Origin: Octopus vulgaris
Taxonomy: Eukaryota
DNA: 64,000 nt
Direction of reading: 5' to 3'
Assembly (NCBI GenBank): GCA_951406725.2
Contig: OX597840.1
Coordinates: 7,812,001 to 7,876,000 of the forward strand
Part shown: positions 1 through 12,413 of the stretch, piece by piece
How positions within the stretch are numbered: the stretch's first letter is position 1
How the letters are laid out: the number at the start of each line of letters is the position of its first letter
Notes under the pieces: generated by a model
Told to the model about the DNA's origin: nothing
Database searches by the model: none
Seen by the model: the letters and a program-made list of their open reading frames with translations, nothing else
Made by a program: the position numbers and the translations under genes

Positions 1-384
1 ATAATTGGGCCTGGTGCAGCCTCCTGGCTTCCCAGATCTCAGTTGAACCGTCCAACCCATGGAAAGCATGGAAAGCGGATGTTAAACGATGAATAATAAT
101 AATAATAATAGTGGTTTCAAACTTTGTCACAAGGCCAGCAGATTTGGAAAAAGGGGCTAACTTGATTACATTGACCCCAGTGTTCAACTAGTATTTATTT
201 TATTTATTCTGAAAGCATAAAAGGCAAAGTCGACCTTGATGGCATTTGAACTCAGAACATAAAGGCAGGTGAAATGCCACTAAGCATTTTCCCTGGCATG
301 CTAACAATTCTGCCAGCTTGCTGCTTTTATGTCAACAACAGCTACAAATGATCCAAAGGCACCAATGACCACCTTGTGATAGAC

Positions 385-600
385 AAAGTTGTAATGAAGA
401 ACTGAAAATGATACCAAAAACGTCTTGTGCATGGCCTGGATAGACTTTAAAAAGGCTTGCAGCCTGTTGTCACTTTCATGGAATTTGGAAACACTTGACA
501 TGTGTGGAGTAGCCTAGTTGGAAAACACATCTCTTCTATAACAACCAGCACTTAGCTGAGGTAAAAATCAAAAGAGGTATCTTTCAGGGAGACTCTTGTT
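385..600 (+). mobile_element. Decayed R4/Dong-like LINE RT fragment
   Basis: MAWIDFKKA and VKIKRGIFQGDS. Confidence 0.6.
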
Positions 601-1472
601 CACCAAGACCGATTGTCAAGCAGTGGTGAGTGGACAAACACAGACACAAAGATATACATATAAATGTATACATATACATACATACACACACACACACACT
701 CACATATATTCATATATAATTGAAAAAATTGGTGTCAACAAGAAGGAGTTTGACACTTATTTTCAGTCACTACAATTGTTTCTATGCAGTGTAGTTCTCC
801 AGGCATGCAGGTACTTGATAATGCATTATGAGATCTAGTTGTGTTTCCTCAGGCGATGTGTAAATATTGTTCAAATCCTCGGCTTCAAGAACATCCTCTC
901 TGTCTGCCATGGCCTGAAGTTAGTAATAGTCACTGAGTTTATCAAGGTGTGTTGTTGCTGAAGGACTGTTAAACTCAGTGGTTACTACAAACCATGACAG
1001 ACAGACGATGCTCTTGAAGCCAAGAATTTGAACCTACAGAGACAATATTTACATATTGCCAGAGGAAACGCAACTAAATCTCACAATGCAGGGAAACTAT
1101 TGCATAATCAAGTACCTGCATGCCTGGAGAATTACATTTTGTAGAAACAATTGTAGTGATTGAAACTAAATGTCCAGCCATACTCCTTGTTGAATCCAAT
1201 TTTATCAATTATCTATTTACAAACAACAAGGATGAAAGGCACACACACACACATGTATATATACACACACATACATATGTTACTTGGCAAACTCACTAAT
1301 ATTGGTGGCATGGAAAACGTTACTCTGTTCACACCATAAAGTGGTTGGTGTTAAGAAGGGCATCCAGCCATAGGAATCGTGCCGAAGCTAACCCTGTAGC
1401 TGACTGTGGCCCTGGCTCTTCCAGATCCTGACAAACTGTCCAACCTATGCCAGTATGGAAAATTGTTGTTAA

Positions 1473-1677
1473 CCCTTTAGCATTCAGGTTTATCAGTGTC
1501 AAACGTATTATTTATTTATTTACATTGTTTTGAATTAATTATGCATTATCTTGTAGCTTCAAGATTTTGATGATGTGGTTGTATATTTTTAGAATGACAT
1601 TGTAGGGTAAGTGTGAGAGGCCGGATCCAGTCAGTTTGAACATAAAAACAAGAATAGCAGCTTTAAATGCTAAAAGG
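1473..1677. mobile_element. piggyBac-type MITE; relatives at about 5510-5740, 45887-46055 and 51995-52222
   Basis: TTAA-CCCTTTAGCATT...AATGCTAAAAGG-TTAA. Confidence 0.7.
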
Positions 1678-1723
1678 TTAAGTAATAATGTGTATAAATA
1701 TATTAACCAACACAGCTCATTTT

Positions 1724-1786
<63 letters not shown>

Positions 1787-2334
1787 TCACACTCACACAG
1801 GCTATTCTCATTCGTTCTCCATTCCTCCTGCTCATCTGAGTTTTCCTCTTCTTTCCATATCGACAGTTACTGTCACGCTATGTTATGAAGGTGGAGGTGG
1901 TGATGGTAATGAATACCAGTGTCACATTAAATAGTTTACGTTACTATCTCTCTGTCCCTTTCCTTCTCCCCTCTCTTTTTCTCTCCTTCGCTGTCTCACG
2001 GAGTGGTTGGCGTTAGGAAGGGCATCCAGCTGTAGAGCCTCTGCCAGATCAAGACTGGAGCCTGGTGCAGCCTTCTGGCTTCCCAGATCCCCGGTTGAAC
2101 CGTCCAACCCATGCTAGCATGGAAAACGGACATTAAACGATGATGATGATGATTCCTGTATCACAACTTCTGGTCACCACCCACTGGCCCTGTCCTCCCT
2201 CTGCTTCTAACCTCAATTAAGCTACACTTCCTCTTATAATCAACCCAACATTGTAACCGATGAAGTAAATATAGAGTTTTCTCCTTTGTAGGGTTTCTCT
2301 CTGCATTGCCAACTCTTATCAACCCCACTGGCAT

Positions 2335-3245
2335 TGATTACCATCAACATCCTCACCATCACTACAACCACCACCACCATTGTCGTCACCAACATTATCA
2401 TCATCACATCATCATCATCAACACCACTGCTACTGCAATCAAGAACATCCTCATTATTACCACCACCACCACCACCATCATCATCATTATCACTTCCACC
2501 ACCCTCATCATCACACTCACCATCACCACCATTACCTATTTCTTTACTACCCACAAGGGGCTAAACACATAGAGGGGACAACTAAGGACAGACAAACGGA
2601 TTAAGTTGATTACATCCCCCAGTGCATAACTGGTACTTAATTTATCGACCCCGAAAGGATGAAAGGCAAAGTTGACCTCGGCGGAATTTGAACTCAGAAT
2701 GTAACGGCAGACGAAATACGGCTACGCATTTCGCCCAGTGTGCTAACGTTTCTGCAATCTCGCCGCCTTATCATCACCATTACCATTATCACTACCACCA
2801 CCATCATTGTCATTATCATACGCTGTCATCATCCTCGCCATCACCACCATCACTATCATCATCATCATCATAATCCCCACCACCACCACCACCACCATTA
2901 TCATCACTACCATCATTTACATTATCACTATGACTCCCACCATCATTATTATCTCCCCATCATCATCACCACCACCACCATCACATCACCACAATCAGTA
3001 CCATTATGACCACCATCATCATCACCACCACCACCCAAATCATCGTCGTTATCATCACCACCATCACCACCACTATCACTATCATCATTTACATTATCAC
3101 TATGACTCCCGCCACCATCATTATCTCCCCATCACCACCACCACCATCACATCACCACAATCAGTACCATTATGACAACCACCATTACCACCACCCAAAT
3201 CATCGTCGTCATCATCATCATCATCACCATCATGACCGTCATGAC
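2335..3245. repeat. (CAT/CAC)n low-complexity tract with a ~117-bp internal duplication, interrupted by SINE B
   Basis: Visible trinucleotide repeats. The unit catcatttacattatcactatgactccc occurs twice. Confidence 0.9.
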
Positions 3246-3618
3246 ATACCATAACAGTAACTGTTGACATGGTGATAACATGTGATGGTATTATATTCAA
3301 GTTACTGGATGAGCAAACACTGGTCACTCACCACTGACCGGATAATCCATTTCCTAAGCTCTCGATCTATATCCAAAATTCATTTTCTTTTCTCCTCGAT
3401 AAATATTGATCCCTAAATGTCCGTCAGTGTATTGATCTCATCAATCGACTTTTGTCCTTCCGGAGTTGAATGGAATGGTGTTGGTGGTGGTGGTGGGCAG
3501 GTTTGTAAAATACAGTACCAATTATATACCAGGGTCGGTTTAATTGACTATAGACACGGGCTTTACATTTTGGCTTGTGTCCGAGGAATCCCTGGGGTCT
3601 GTTACCTCGATTCCATAT

Positions 3619-4080
3619 TAAGTTAAGTTAATTTTTTGGCTCAAAGAGCAAGGCCATGTAGGGGGACATGGAGTTATGTACAGGGTGGTGTTCATGCAAA
3701 GAGTTCAGGCCATTTGTGGTCAAGAGAGACTTTGAACCGTGCAGTCAAGGTTCAAAAAGCATAAAGCAAGGCCATGTAGGGGGACATGGAGTTATGTACA
3801 GGGTGGTGTTCATGCAAAGAGTTCAGGCCATTTCTGGTCAAGAGAAACTTTGAACCGAGCGGTCGTCGGCATCTTCACTATCTCGTCCGGCAGCTTATTC
3901 CACGGATCCGCAACCCGGACGGAGAAAGCCCCTCTCCTTCGATTGAGATGAAATCGTCGCAGATAGAGCTTTTCGGAGTGACCCCGCAGCCGACGCTCTG
4001 GAGCAGGAGTGAAGAACAGCTCTTTCGAGAGGTTACACTTTCCGCTTATGATGTTGTGAGCAAGAATGAGAATATTGAAT
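3619..4080 (-). mobile_element. CR1-type LINE 3' fragment with a ~118-bp tandem duplication of its 3' end
   Basis: LRGHSEKLYLRRFHLNRRRGAFSVRVADPWNKLP..FKVSLD, a typical CR1 ORF2 C-terminus, with a (TTAAC)n-like tail. Confidence 0.85.
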
Positions 4081-7000
4081 AAGTAATTGAGATCACAGCA
4101 TTCTGCCCCCCACCACCACCACTCCCGTGAATTACAGGTCACAGGGTCACTCATTTATCGCCGAGGGGACTTGAGCAACATGAAAAGAAATGCTTTGCTC
4201 AGGTCCACAATACACTGCTTGGTTTGGGAATTGAAACCATGACCTTGTGCCTTGACAATTGATTAAAGCCATCGTTAGAAATCAATTTATTGATATATTA
4301 TTGCTTGCAATTTTCTTCTTTTTTTACTTCTCACTGAAGCTAGGTTATCAATCAACCTACGCAAATTAACGACATCACAGAGAATTTCACACTTGAGTGA
4401 ATTAGCTATTGTATTCTGTATGATGACAAGATTCACTTGTACATAGTGCATTTTTTGATCAGCTATACATCATGATCATAGCATGGGTTTGGATCAGTTG
4501 CATGCCACCAACAGAGCAGGTTCTTAGCTCTACTGCACACAAACACAGCACATCATTAAATCAACTGCACACCAAAATTAATTGCACATCCTTTGATCAG
4601 CTGCACATTGCAAACATAGTGCACAAGAATAGAGCACTTCCGTAATGTGCTATGTTAGGGTTATGTGTGACGATGATGATGATGGAGAGCAATATGTGGC
4701 GCTTGAGCAGGGTAGTGTGTGAGGTTTGAGCTGGGCATGACACCAGTCTCTGCCATAACTACGATTTCACTTGGCTTGATCGGTCTACCTTCTCAATCAC
4801 AGAACATTGCCAAAGGTCTCGCTAATTTGTCGTTGTCTCCATGAGGGCCCGCACTCGAAAGGTGCTTTTTACATGCCACTAGCATGGGTGCCAATTATGT
4901 GACACTGACAAGAGCCACAGCTATAATTTCACTTGGCTTGACAGGTCTTCTGAAGCACGGCATATCACCAAAGGCCTCGGTCACTAGTCATTACTTCTGT
5001 CAGGCCCAATGTTTGAAGATCAAGCTTCACCACCTCATTCCATGCCTTCCTGGGTCTCCCTCTTCCACAGCTTCTTTCCTCTGATAGAGATCAGCACCAC
5101 TTCACACAGCTATCCATGTGTGTATATGTATATGTCTATGTCTGTATATATGTATGCAGGTATGTGGGTACACACACACACACATACAGACCTGTGTGCA
5201 TATATGAGCATCTCTGTATCTCTCTCTCTATATATGTATGCATTATACTTGTATGTGTGTGTGTATATCTGTATGCATGTATGTGTATATATATATATGT
5301 GTGTGTGTGTGTGTTTATGTAAGGGGATTTTTAAATTTTGGAAAGAAAAATATTAGAATAAAAAAAAAAACAGTTACTGTAGAAATAAAAAAAAACATAA
5401 AAATAATGTAATAGTTGAATATATTAGCAAAGTGATTACCCTTTAAATATTTAAAATTATGAATACGTGTATATGTAGTTAGATTTTAATTCACTGTGTC
5501 TGTATCTTTAGCCCTTTAGCATATGCAGCCATATACACCAGCCATATGCAGCCTAAATATTCTGTTTTAAGTTGAAACTGGTTAAATCTGGCTTCTCACA
5601 CCTACCCTAAATGGCATTCTAAAAATAAACAAACACATCATCAAAATCTCAAAGCTATGAGATAATCTATGATTAATTCAAAACAATGTGAATAAATTAG
5701 GATTACATTTGACAGATTAATCTGAATACTAAATGGTTAAGGTTTTCAATTTCATCTTCAGTGTTACTTTCTTGGAAACTGTCAAATTCTTCTTGACTGG
5801 TACGATTTTTGAAAACTTTAATTATCTTTTTCCTGGCTGCAATCACATTCTTCATAAACCATTTCATCCTCTGTGACATTGAAATCATTTCTAATACAAC
5901 ACAGCATGAAATTTTGGTGATGCCTTTCAGAAATTTCATGGAAGTAATGTTGTTACCCTTGATGGTGTCAGCAAAGAGATTTCATTTGTGTTTGGTTTAT
6001 GAAACTCCATGGGAAACTTCCTATTTGTGGTCTCCACTTGTCTCTCATCTTTTGAGTCAATTGCTTCCCATTGGATTGCACTATTGTCACTGTTGATTAT
6101 CACAAAGCTCTTTCTGTCCCTCATCATCATCATCATCATCATCGTTTAATGTCCGCTTTCCATGCTAGCATGGGTTGGACAATTTGACTGAGGACTGGCG
6201 AACCAGATGGCTGCGCCAGGCTCCGATCTGATCTGGCAGAGTTTCTACAGCTGGGTGCCCTTCCTAACGCCAACCACTCCGAGAGTGTAGTGGGTACTTT
6301 TAAAGTGCCACCAGCACGGGAGCCAGTCAGGCGGTACTGGCAACGGCCACGCTCAAAAATGGTGTATTTTATGTGCCATCTGCACAGGAGTCAGTCCAGC
6401 GGCACTGGCAACGACCTCGCTCGAATGTTTTGTTCACGTGCCACCAGCACAAGTGCCAGTGAGGCGACGCTGACAATGATCACGCTCAAATGGTGCTCTT
6501 TACGTGCCAGACAGCTGCTCTATTCTATCAAATTCTGTGTGCCTCAGGGTTTGGTTATATTCCCCCTTCTCTTAATTCTGCTCATCAATGACCTTAGACC
6601 CCCTAAGGTCTCATGAGTACAGAGTTTATCCAAGTGTCCATGGCATGTAAGTTACTAAGATTACAATACTCCCCATTTTTGAACATGGCACCGGTCCCTC
6701 ACAGGGTTAACTTACCAATCATTGCTGGAACTTATTTATGGGTGAATGAACTGGAGCAACATGAAATTAAGTGTTTTGCTCAAGAACACAACATACTGTC
6801 TGGTCTGGGAATTGGAACCACAAAACTGAAAGTCCGGTAAGAGCCCTAGAACTCAAAAGGTCAGAGCCTAGTTTCATTTCCGTGGTGTATAAGTGACCGA
6901 AATTACATCACTCATCAGTGAAGTGGATGCTGGTCAGTCACAGAGTCGTTGTGCTCAGTCATTACTAGAATTTATTTTGCAGCTGAGTGGACAGGAGGAG

Positions 7001-7324
7001 TGTGAAATGAAGTGCCTTGCTCAAGAATCCAACACACAGCCTGGTGCAGGAATTGAAACCACGATCTTACGATCATGATAGCAACACCCTAACCACTAGC
7101 CTACATGCTTTCCACATGCATCACTGACCTACTTTCCTCCATATTCCAACAACGCCCTCTCTTATGTAGGTCACACCATCCTTCATTCCCCTAAACATGT
7201 ATCCTCCACTCACAACCTAAGACATCCTGCATCAAACCCACACTGTCTCCATAAACAGCATCTAGATAGCATCCTCCTATGGCTATGAGCCAGTCTTGTC
7301 CTGTTTTTGTTTTTTTTATAACAC

Positions 7325-7593
7325 AGCGCCACCTTGACTGGCTTCTGTGCCGGTGGCACGTAAAAAGCACCATCCGATCGTGGCCGTTTGCCAGACTCCC
7401 CTGGCACCTGTGCTGGTGGCACGTAAAAAGCACCAACTACACTCACGGAGTGGTTGGCGTTAGGAAGGGCATCCAGCTGTAGAAACACTGCCAGATCAGA
7501 CTGGAGCCTGGTGCAGCCTTCTGGCTTCCCAGACCCCGGTTGAACCGTCCAACCCATGCTAGCATGGAAAACGGACGTTAAACGACGATGATG
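7325..7593 (+). mobile_element. Family D: 5'-truncated retroposon ends with a (GAT)n tail; copies at 1-93, 1996-2152, 47998-48140, 53620-53947 (plus) and 6122-6505, 11293-11525, 44445-44628, 46102-46362, 53190-53400, 62990-63170 (minus)
   Basis: ggttggcgttaggaagggcatccagc...ccaacccatgctagcatggaaa..gttaaacgatgatgat, with repeated internal ggtggcacgtaaaaagcacc. Confidence 0.8.
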
Positions 7594-8332
7594 ACAACCA
7601 CCCTCATATTCAGAAAATTATATCTATTTCTTTATTGCCCACAAGGGGCTACACACAGAGGGGACAAACAAGGACAGACAAAGGGATTAAGTCGATTATA
7701 TCGACCCCAGTGCGTAACTGGTACTTAATTTATTGACCCCGAAAGGATGAAAGGCAAAGTCGACCTTGGCGGAATTTGAACTCAGAATGTAACGGCAGAC
7801 AGAATACCACAAAGCATTTCGTCCGGCGTGCTAACGTTTCTGCCAGCTCGCCGCCTTCTCAGAAAATTATATCGTGCCACACCTCTCCTCTCTCATGACC
7901 AGCACTCAATGTTTTTTGTTTTTTTTGCTTAGGTCCTCTTTTACTGCTCAACTCATTGGGTGGCTTTTTTTCTATTGCAAAAAGCAGCAGTCATTTCACT
8001 GTTGTCACACAACCAAGCAACAACCCTATGTTACACTCCAACCCCTGCCTACTGTTATCTAGTTTCACATTTGGATTTATGATCAGCAGCTCAACATCAT
8101 GACTGGGTATGTCATTGAGTTCTCTTGCAAGCTGCCTGTAGAAAGCAGCTTTTATTTCATCATCAGTGGCGCAGGAGTGTCTGTGTGGTAAGTAGCTTGC
8201 TTACCAACCACATGGTTCCGGGTTCAGTCCCACTGTGTGGCATCTTGTGCAAGTGTCTTCTGCTATAACCCCGGGCCGACCAAAGCCTTGTGAGTGGATT
8301 TGGTAGACGGAAACTGAAAGAAGCCCAACGTA

Positions 8333-8386
<54 letters not shown>

Positions 8387-8388
<2 letters not shown>

Positions 8389-8795
8389 TACAGGAGTGGC
8401 TGTGTGGTAAGTAGCTTGTTTACCAACCACATGGTTCCGGGTTCAGTCCCACTGTGTGGCACCTTGGGCAAGTGTCTTCTACTATAGCCTCGGGCCGACC
8501 AAAGCTTTGTGAGTGGATTTGGTAGACGGAAACTGAAAGAAGCCCGTCGTATATATATATGTATGTATATATATATGTGCGTGTGTGTTTGTGTGTCTGT
8601 GTTTGTCCCCCTAGCATTGCTTGACAACCGATGCTGGTGTGTTTACGTCCCCGTCACTTAGCGGTTCAGCAAAAGAAACCGATAGAATAAGTACTGGATT
8701 TACAAAAGAATAAGTCCCAGGGTCGAGTTGCTCGAATAAAGGTGGTGCTCCAGCATGGCCGCAGTCAAATGACTGAAACAAGTAAAAGAGTAAAA
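8387..8795 (+). mobile_element. tRNA-derived SINE family A, with a 5' partial duplicate at 8168-8330
   Basis: A-box-like GTGGCTGTGTGG, B-box-like GGTTCAGTCC, CORE-like ccttgggcaagtg, internal (AT)/(GT) tract and AAAAGAG tail. Confidence 0.85.
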
Positions 8796-9155
8796 AGAGT
8801 GTTTTCAGTGGCCCACAGGACTGCTCAGTGGTGGTCATTGCATTCTCTGATCAAAATCTTGCAATGATTCACTCATTCACCATTTCCTTATTGCCCGTTG
8901 CACAAAGCTACCCCCATCAATAGTACTCACCCTTCAGTTGAGGGGTCCTTTTCTTTGCAAGCTACCTAGTTACCTCACTGCTGCTGGTGCCACATTAAAA
9001 AGTACCCAGTACTTGCTGTGAAGCGGTTGGCATTCGGAAGGGTAACCAAGCTGTAGAAACTGTTTCAAAGCAGAGTCTTCTGACTTGCCAGGTCCTGCTA
9101 AACTGTCCAACCCATACCAGCTTGGAAAACAGACATTGAATGATGATGATGATGT

Positions 9156-9198
9156 TAGTCTGATGATGGCTTAATTGGCCGAAACTTTGAAGTCACTG
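9156..9198 (+). ncRNA. Minimal type-I hammerhead ribozyme motif with intact core and GUC site
   Basis: TAGT-CTGATGA-T-GGC(ttaattg)GCC-GAAA-CTT(tg)AAG-TC-ACTG. Stems I, II and III all pair. Confidence 0.65.
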
Positions 9199-9428
9199 TC
9201 AACAATATTGTTGCTTAAGAGTAATACATTTTGGAGATGTACTTGCATAGCATGTGACCTGATCTGAGATTGTCTGTGGGAACGAATACAATTGCAGCGT
9301 GGAAGGTGTTTATAAGCCATTTAAGAAACACACGAAAGCTGTTAGATTCACTTCAACATTTAAATTTAATTTGCCAAAATATTTTTTCGCTTTCAGACTG
9401 CAACTTGTTCACTGACAAAATTCCGTGC

Positions 9429-9488
<60 letters not shown>

Positions 9489-9569
9489 ATTGCAGTGTGG
9501 AAGGTGTTTATAAGCCATTTAAGAAACACACAAAAACTGTTAGACTCACTTCAACATTTAAATCTAATT

Positions 9570-9616
9570 TGCCAAAATATTTTCGTCGCTTTGAGACCGC
9601 GACCTGTTCACTGACA
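9570..9616 (-). ncRNA. Hammerhead-like motif with G3-C8 swapped core, inverted arm
   Basis: Reverse complement: TGTCA-GTGAACA-G-GTCGC(ggtctcaaa)GCGAC-GAAA-ATAT-TT-TGGCA. Confidence 0.6.
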
Positions 9617-9639
9617 GAATTCCATGCTGCACAGAATTC

Positions 9640-9686
9640 TGTCAGTGATCAGGTCGCGGTCTCAAAGCGACGAAAATATTTTGGCA
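9640..9686 (+). ncRNA. Hammerhead-like motif with G3-C8 swapped core
   Basis: TGTCA-GTGATCA-G-GTCGC(ggtctcaaa)GCGAC-GAAA-ATAT-TT-TGGCA, with palindromic stem III AATATT. Confidence 0.6.
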
Positions 9687-9970
9687 AATTAGACTTAAAT
9701 GTTGAAGTGAATCTAACGGTTTGTGTATGTTTCTTAAAGTAATAAATTTGTACGCTACAAATGTGTAGAGTAACCTCCCAGATTAATGTAAAATTGTTCT
9801 TATTACAACTAAACATAAAAACAGATATTAGCTCATTTATAGACACACACAAATACACACACCCACATACACTCTTCTGGTATGTTTTGTAAGCACAATT
9901 TTCACTGTGGGGGACTTCCTTCATCAAATTGTCAGCTGGATAACGCAATATTTTCAACATCTTCTGACAG

Positions 9971-10024
9971 CATCACCACATCGACTCCTCTCCCCTCAGC
10001 TCCAAGCAGCATTTATGACATCAG
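9971..10024 (+). CDS. Candidate 54-nt exon
   Basis: cttctgacag|CATC...TCAG|gtgttc. Open in phase 2 (ITTSTPLPSAPSSIYDI) and phase 1. Non-repetitive sequence, weak donor. Confidence 0.3.
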
Positions 10025-10131
10025 GTGTTCCTTCCGCTAATATTTGTCCTTGTCATTCATGCAGCCAGCATGCCTTAAGTAGGTCCTCCTACAACCACTA
10101 ACATACATACCTATATATATATACATACATA

Positions 10132-10204
<73 letters not shown>

Positions 10205-10219
10205 ACACACATACATATC

Positions 10220-10251
<32 letters not shown>

Positions 10252-10422
10252 GGCGTAGGAGTGGCTGTGTGGTAAGTAGCTTGCTTATGAACCACATGGT
10301 TCCGGGTTCAGTCCCACTGTGTGGCACCTTGGGCAAGTGTCTTCTACTATAGCCTCGGGCTGACCAAAGCCTTGTGAGTGGATTTGGTAGATGGAAACTG
10401 AAAGAAGCCCGTCATATATATG

Positions 10423-10453
<31 letters not shown>

Positions 10454-10945
10454 ATGTTTGTGTCTGTGTTTGTCCCCCCAACATTGCTTGACAACCGATG
10501 CTGGTGTGTTTACGTCCCCGTAACTTAGCAGTTCGGTAAAAGAGACCGATAGAATAAGTACTAGGCTTACAAAGAATAAGTCCTGGGGTCGATTTGCTCG
10601 ACTAAAGGTGGTGCTCCAGCATGGCCACAGTCAAATGAGTCTGTGAAAAGATGGACAGGACATGTAAAGTGTCAACACCAAAGTAGATAAAAGTGTGGTT
10701 TGGGGATAAAAGGAAGAAGGGCCTAAAGCTTAGGTTGGGTGCTGCATTGTAAATACCCTTTTTACCCTCTCGAGACAGACAGACAGACATACATACATAT
10801 ACAAGGTGGTACTGAAAAGTTTGTGGCTTTAAGGGTATCATGAAGGGCCTTGTTGGATGCCCAAACCTTCCAAGTTTTATTACAGTGCTTAGAAAAACTG
10901 AAGGACTGCTACAATAATGACTGAAATAAGTAAATGAATAAATGA
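10252..10945 (+). mobile_element. SINE family A with its tail split by an inverted duplication
   Basis: Matches the 8387 copy up to 10638. The tail resumes at about 10917. Confidence 0.8.
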
Positions 10946-11865
10946 GTATATATATAAAATTAAAATGGGGGTGAAAAATTGGATATTAATTTGATAACAC
11001 CAATTTAACACCAGTGGTCTAGCATATAAAAAAACTGAGGTTCAGTAAATAGTATTACATATATAGTATTACATATAAGAGGGGATTTACAACTATGTGG
11101 AAACCCTTATGCTAGAAGAAGATCCGCTATGGTCTTACCACTAAGAATTGTTCTCTAGAAAATTTAGCAAACGTTTCTTGTATTTGCTAAATTCTCTAGA
11201 GAACAATTCTTAGTGGTAAGACCATAGCGGATCTTCTAGCATAAGGGTTTCCACATAGTGGTAAAATTCCCTCTTATATATATGTAATATTATCATCATC
11301 ATCATCGTTTAACGTCCGTTTTCCGTGCTAGCACGGGTTGGAGGGTTCAACCGGGGTCTGGGAAGACAGGGCTGCACCAGGCTCCAGTCTGATCTGGCAG
11401 TGTTTCTACAGCTGGATGCCCTTCCTAACGCCAACCACTCCGCGAGTGTAGTGGGTGCTTTTTACGTGCCACCTGCACAGGTGCCAGGGGGAGTCTGGCA
11501 TCGGCCACGTTCGGATGGTGCTTTATATATCCTTATTGTAGCAGTCCTTCGGTTTTTCTAAGCACTGTAATAAAACTTGGAAGGTTTGGGCATCCAACAA
11601 GGCCCTTCATGATACCCTTAAAACCATGAACTTTTCAGCCCCACCTTGTATATATATGTATGTATGAGTGTCTATCTGTCCCGAGAGGGTAAAAAGGGTA
11701 TTTACAATGCAGAACCCAACCTGAGCTTTAGGCCCTTCTCCTTCCTCCTTATCCCCTAAACCACACTTTTATCTGCTTTGGTGTTAACACTTTACATGTC
11801 CTGTCCATCTTTTCACAGACTCTTTACGTTTTCTACTTTAATTACTTTTTCTTTCCTCCTGATAG

Positions 11866-11895
11866 AAGCAAAACAAAGCCTGGCAGATGCACGAC
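11866..11895 (+). CDS. Candidate 30-nt exon
   Basis: Long pyrimidine tract ttttctttcctcctgatag|AAGC...CGAC|gtaaga. Length is a multiple of 3. Confidence 0.35.
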
Positions 11896-12382
11896 GTAAG
11901 AGTGCACCTTTGATGCAGGTTTGAGGAAGTGCCACTCTAATGTTTAAAACTGCAAATGTTATGTAAATTTTCACTTGGAAATCTGTGTGAACTTATGTTG
12001 AAAGCAGATTTGGTACAGGAACAATTGTACATAAAAGATGTGTTAAAGTCTTTCTTTGTCTTCTTGTTTAGACTACATGTGTGTGTGTATACACACACAT
12101 ATATAAAATATATGTGTAAAGAAAATTGTGATGAAAACATTGAGTCTTTCACTGGCTCCACTGTTAAATACATATATATTTATGGTTTTTTTTCTGCTTT
12201 CTTCCTTATGAAGATTATTGTACACTAACAGTTGGTTATATACAACATATTTCTGTGTGAATGTGCATACACGTGTATATATATATATATTATGTATGTG
12301 CATAGATTCATTGTATGTATGTATGTGTGTATTTTTCTCAAACTGTGTAATCCATGCCAGCATGGAAAATGGATATTAAATG

Positions 12383-12413
<31 letters not shown>

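Larger units (their letters stand above)
9233..9738. mobile_element. Non-autonomous fold-back element carrying the G3-C8 hammerhead, copy 1
   Basis: Starts gagatgtacttgcatagc. Internal direct repeat across (AT)n, then inverted arms at about 9520-9621 and 9635-9738. Same family as 29990 and 35369. Confidence 0.8.

Noticed and set aside
2240-3327. His/Thr/Ile-rich ORFs
   Set aside because: (CAT/CAC)n repeat open in several frames, with no splice context.
8163-8627. Recurrent ORFs such as RRASFSFRLPNPLTRLWSARGYSRRHLPKV
   Set aside because: Antisense translations of SINE family A, not a gene family.
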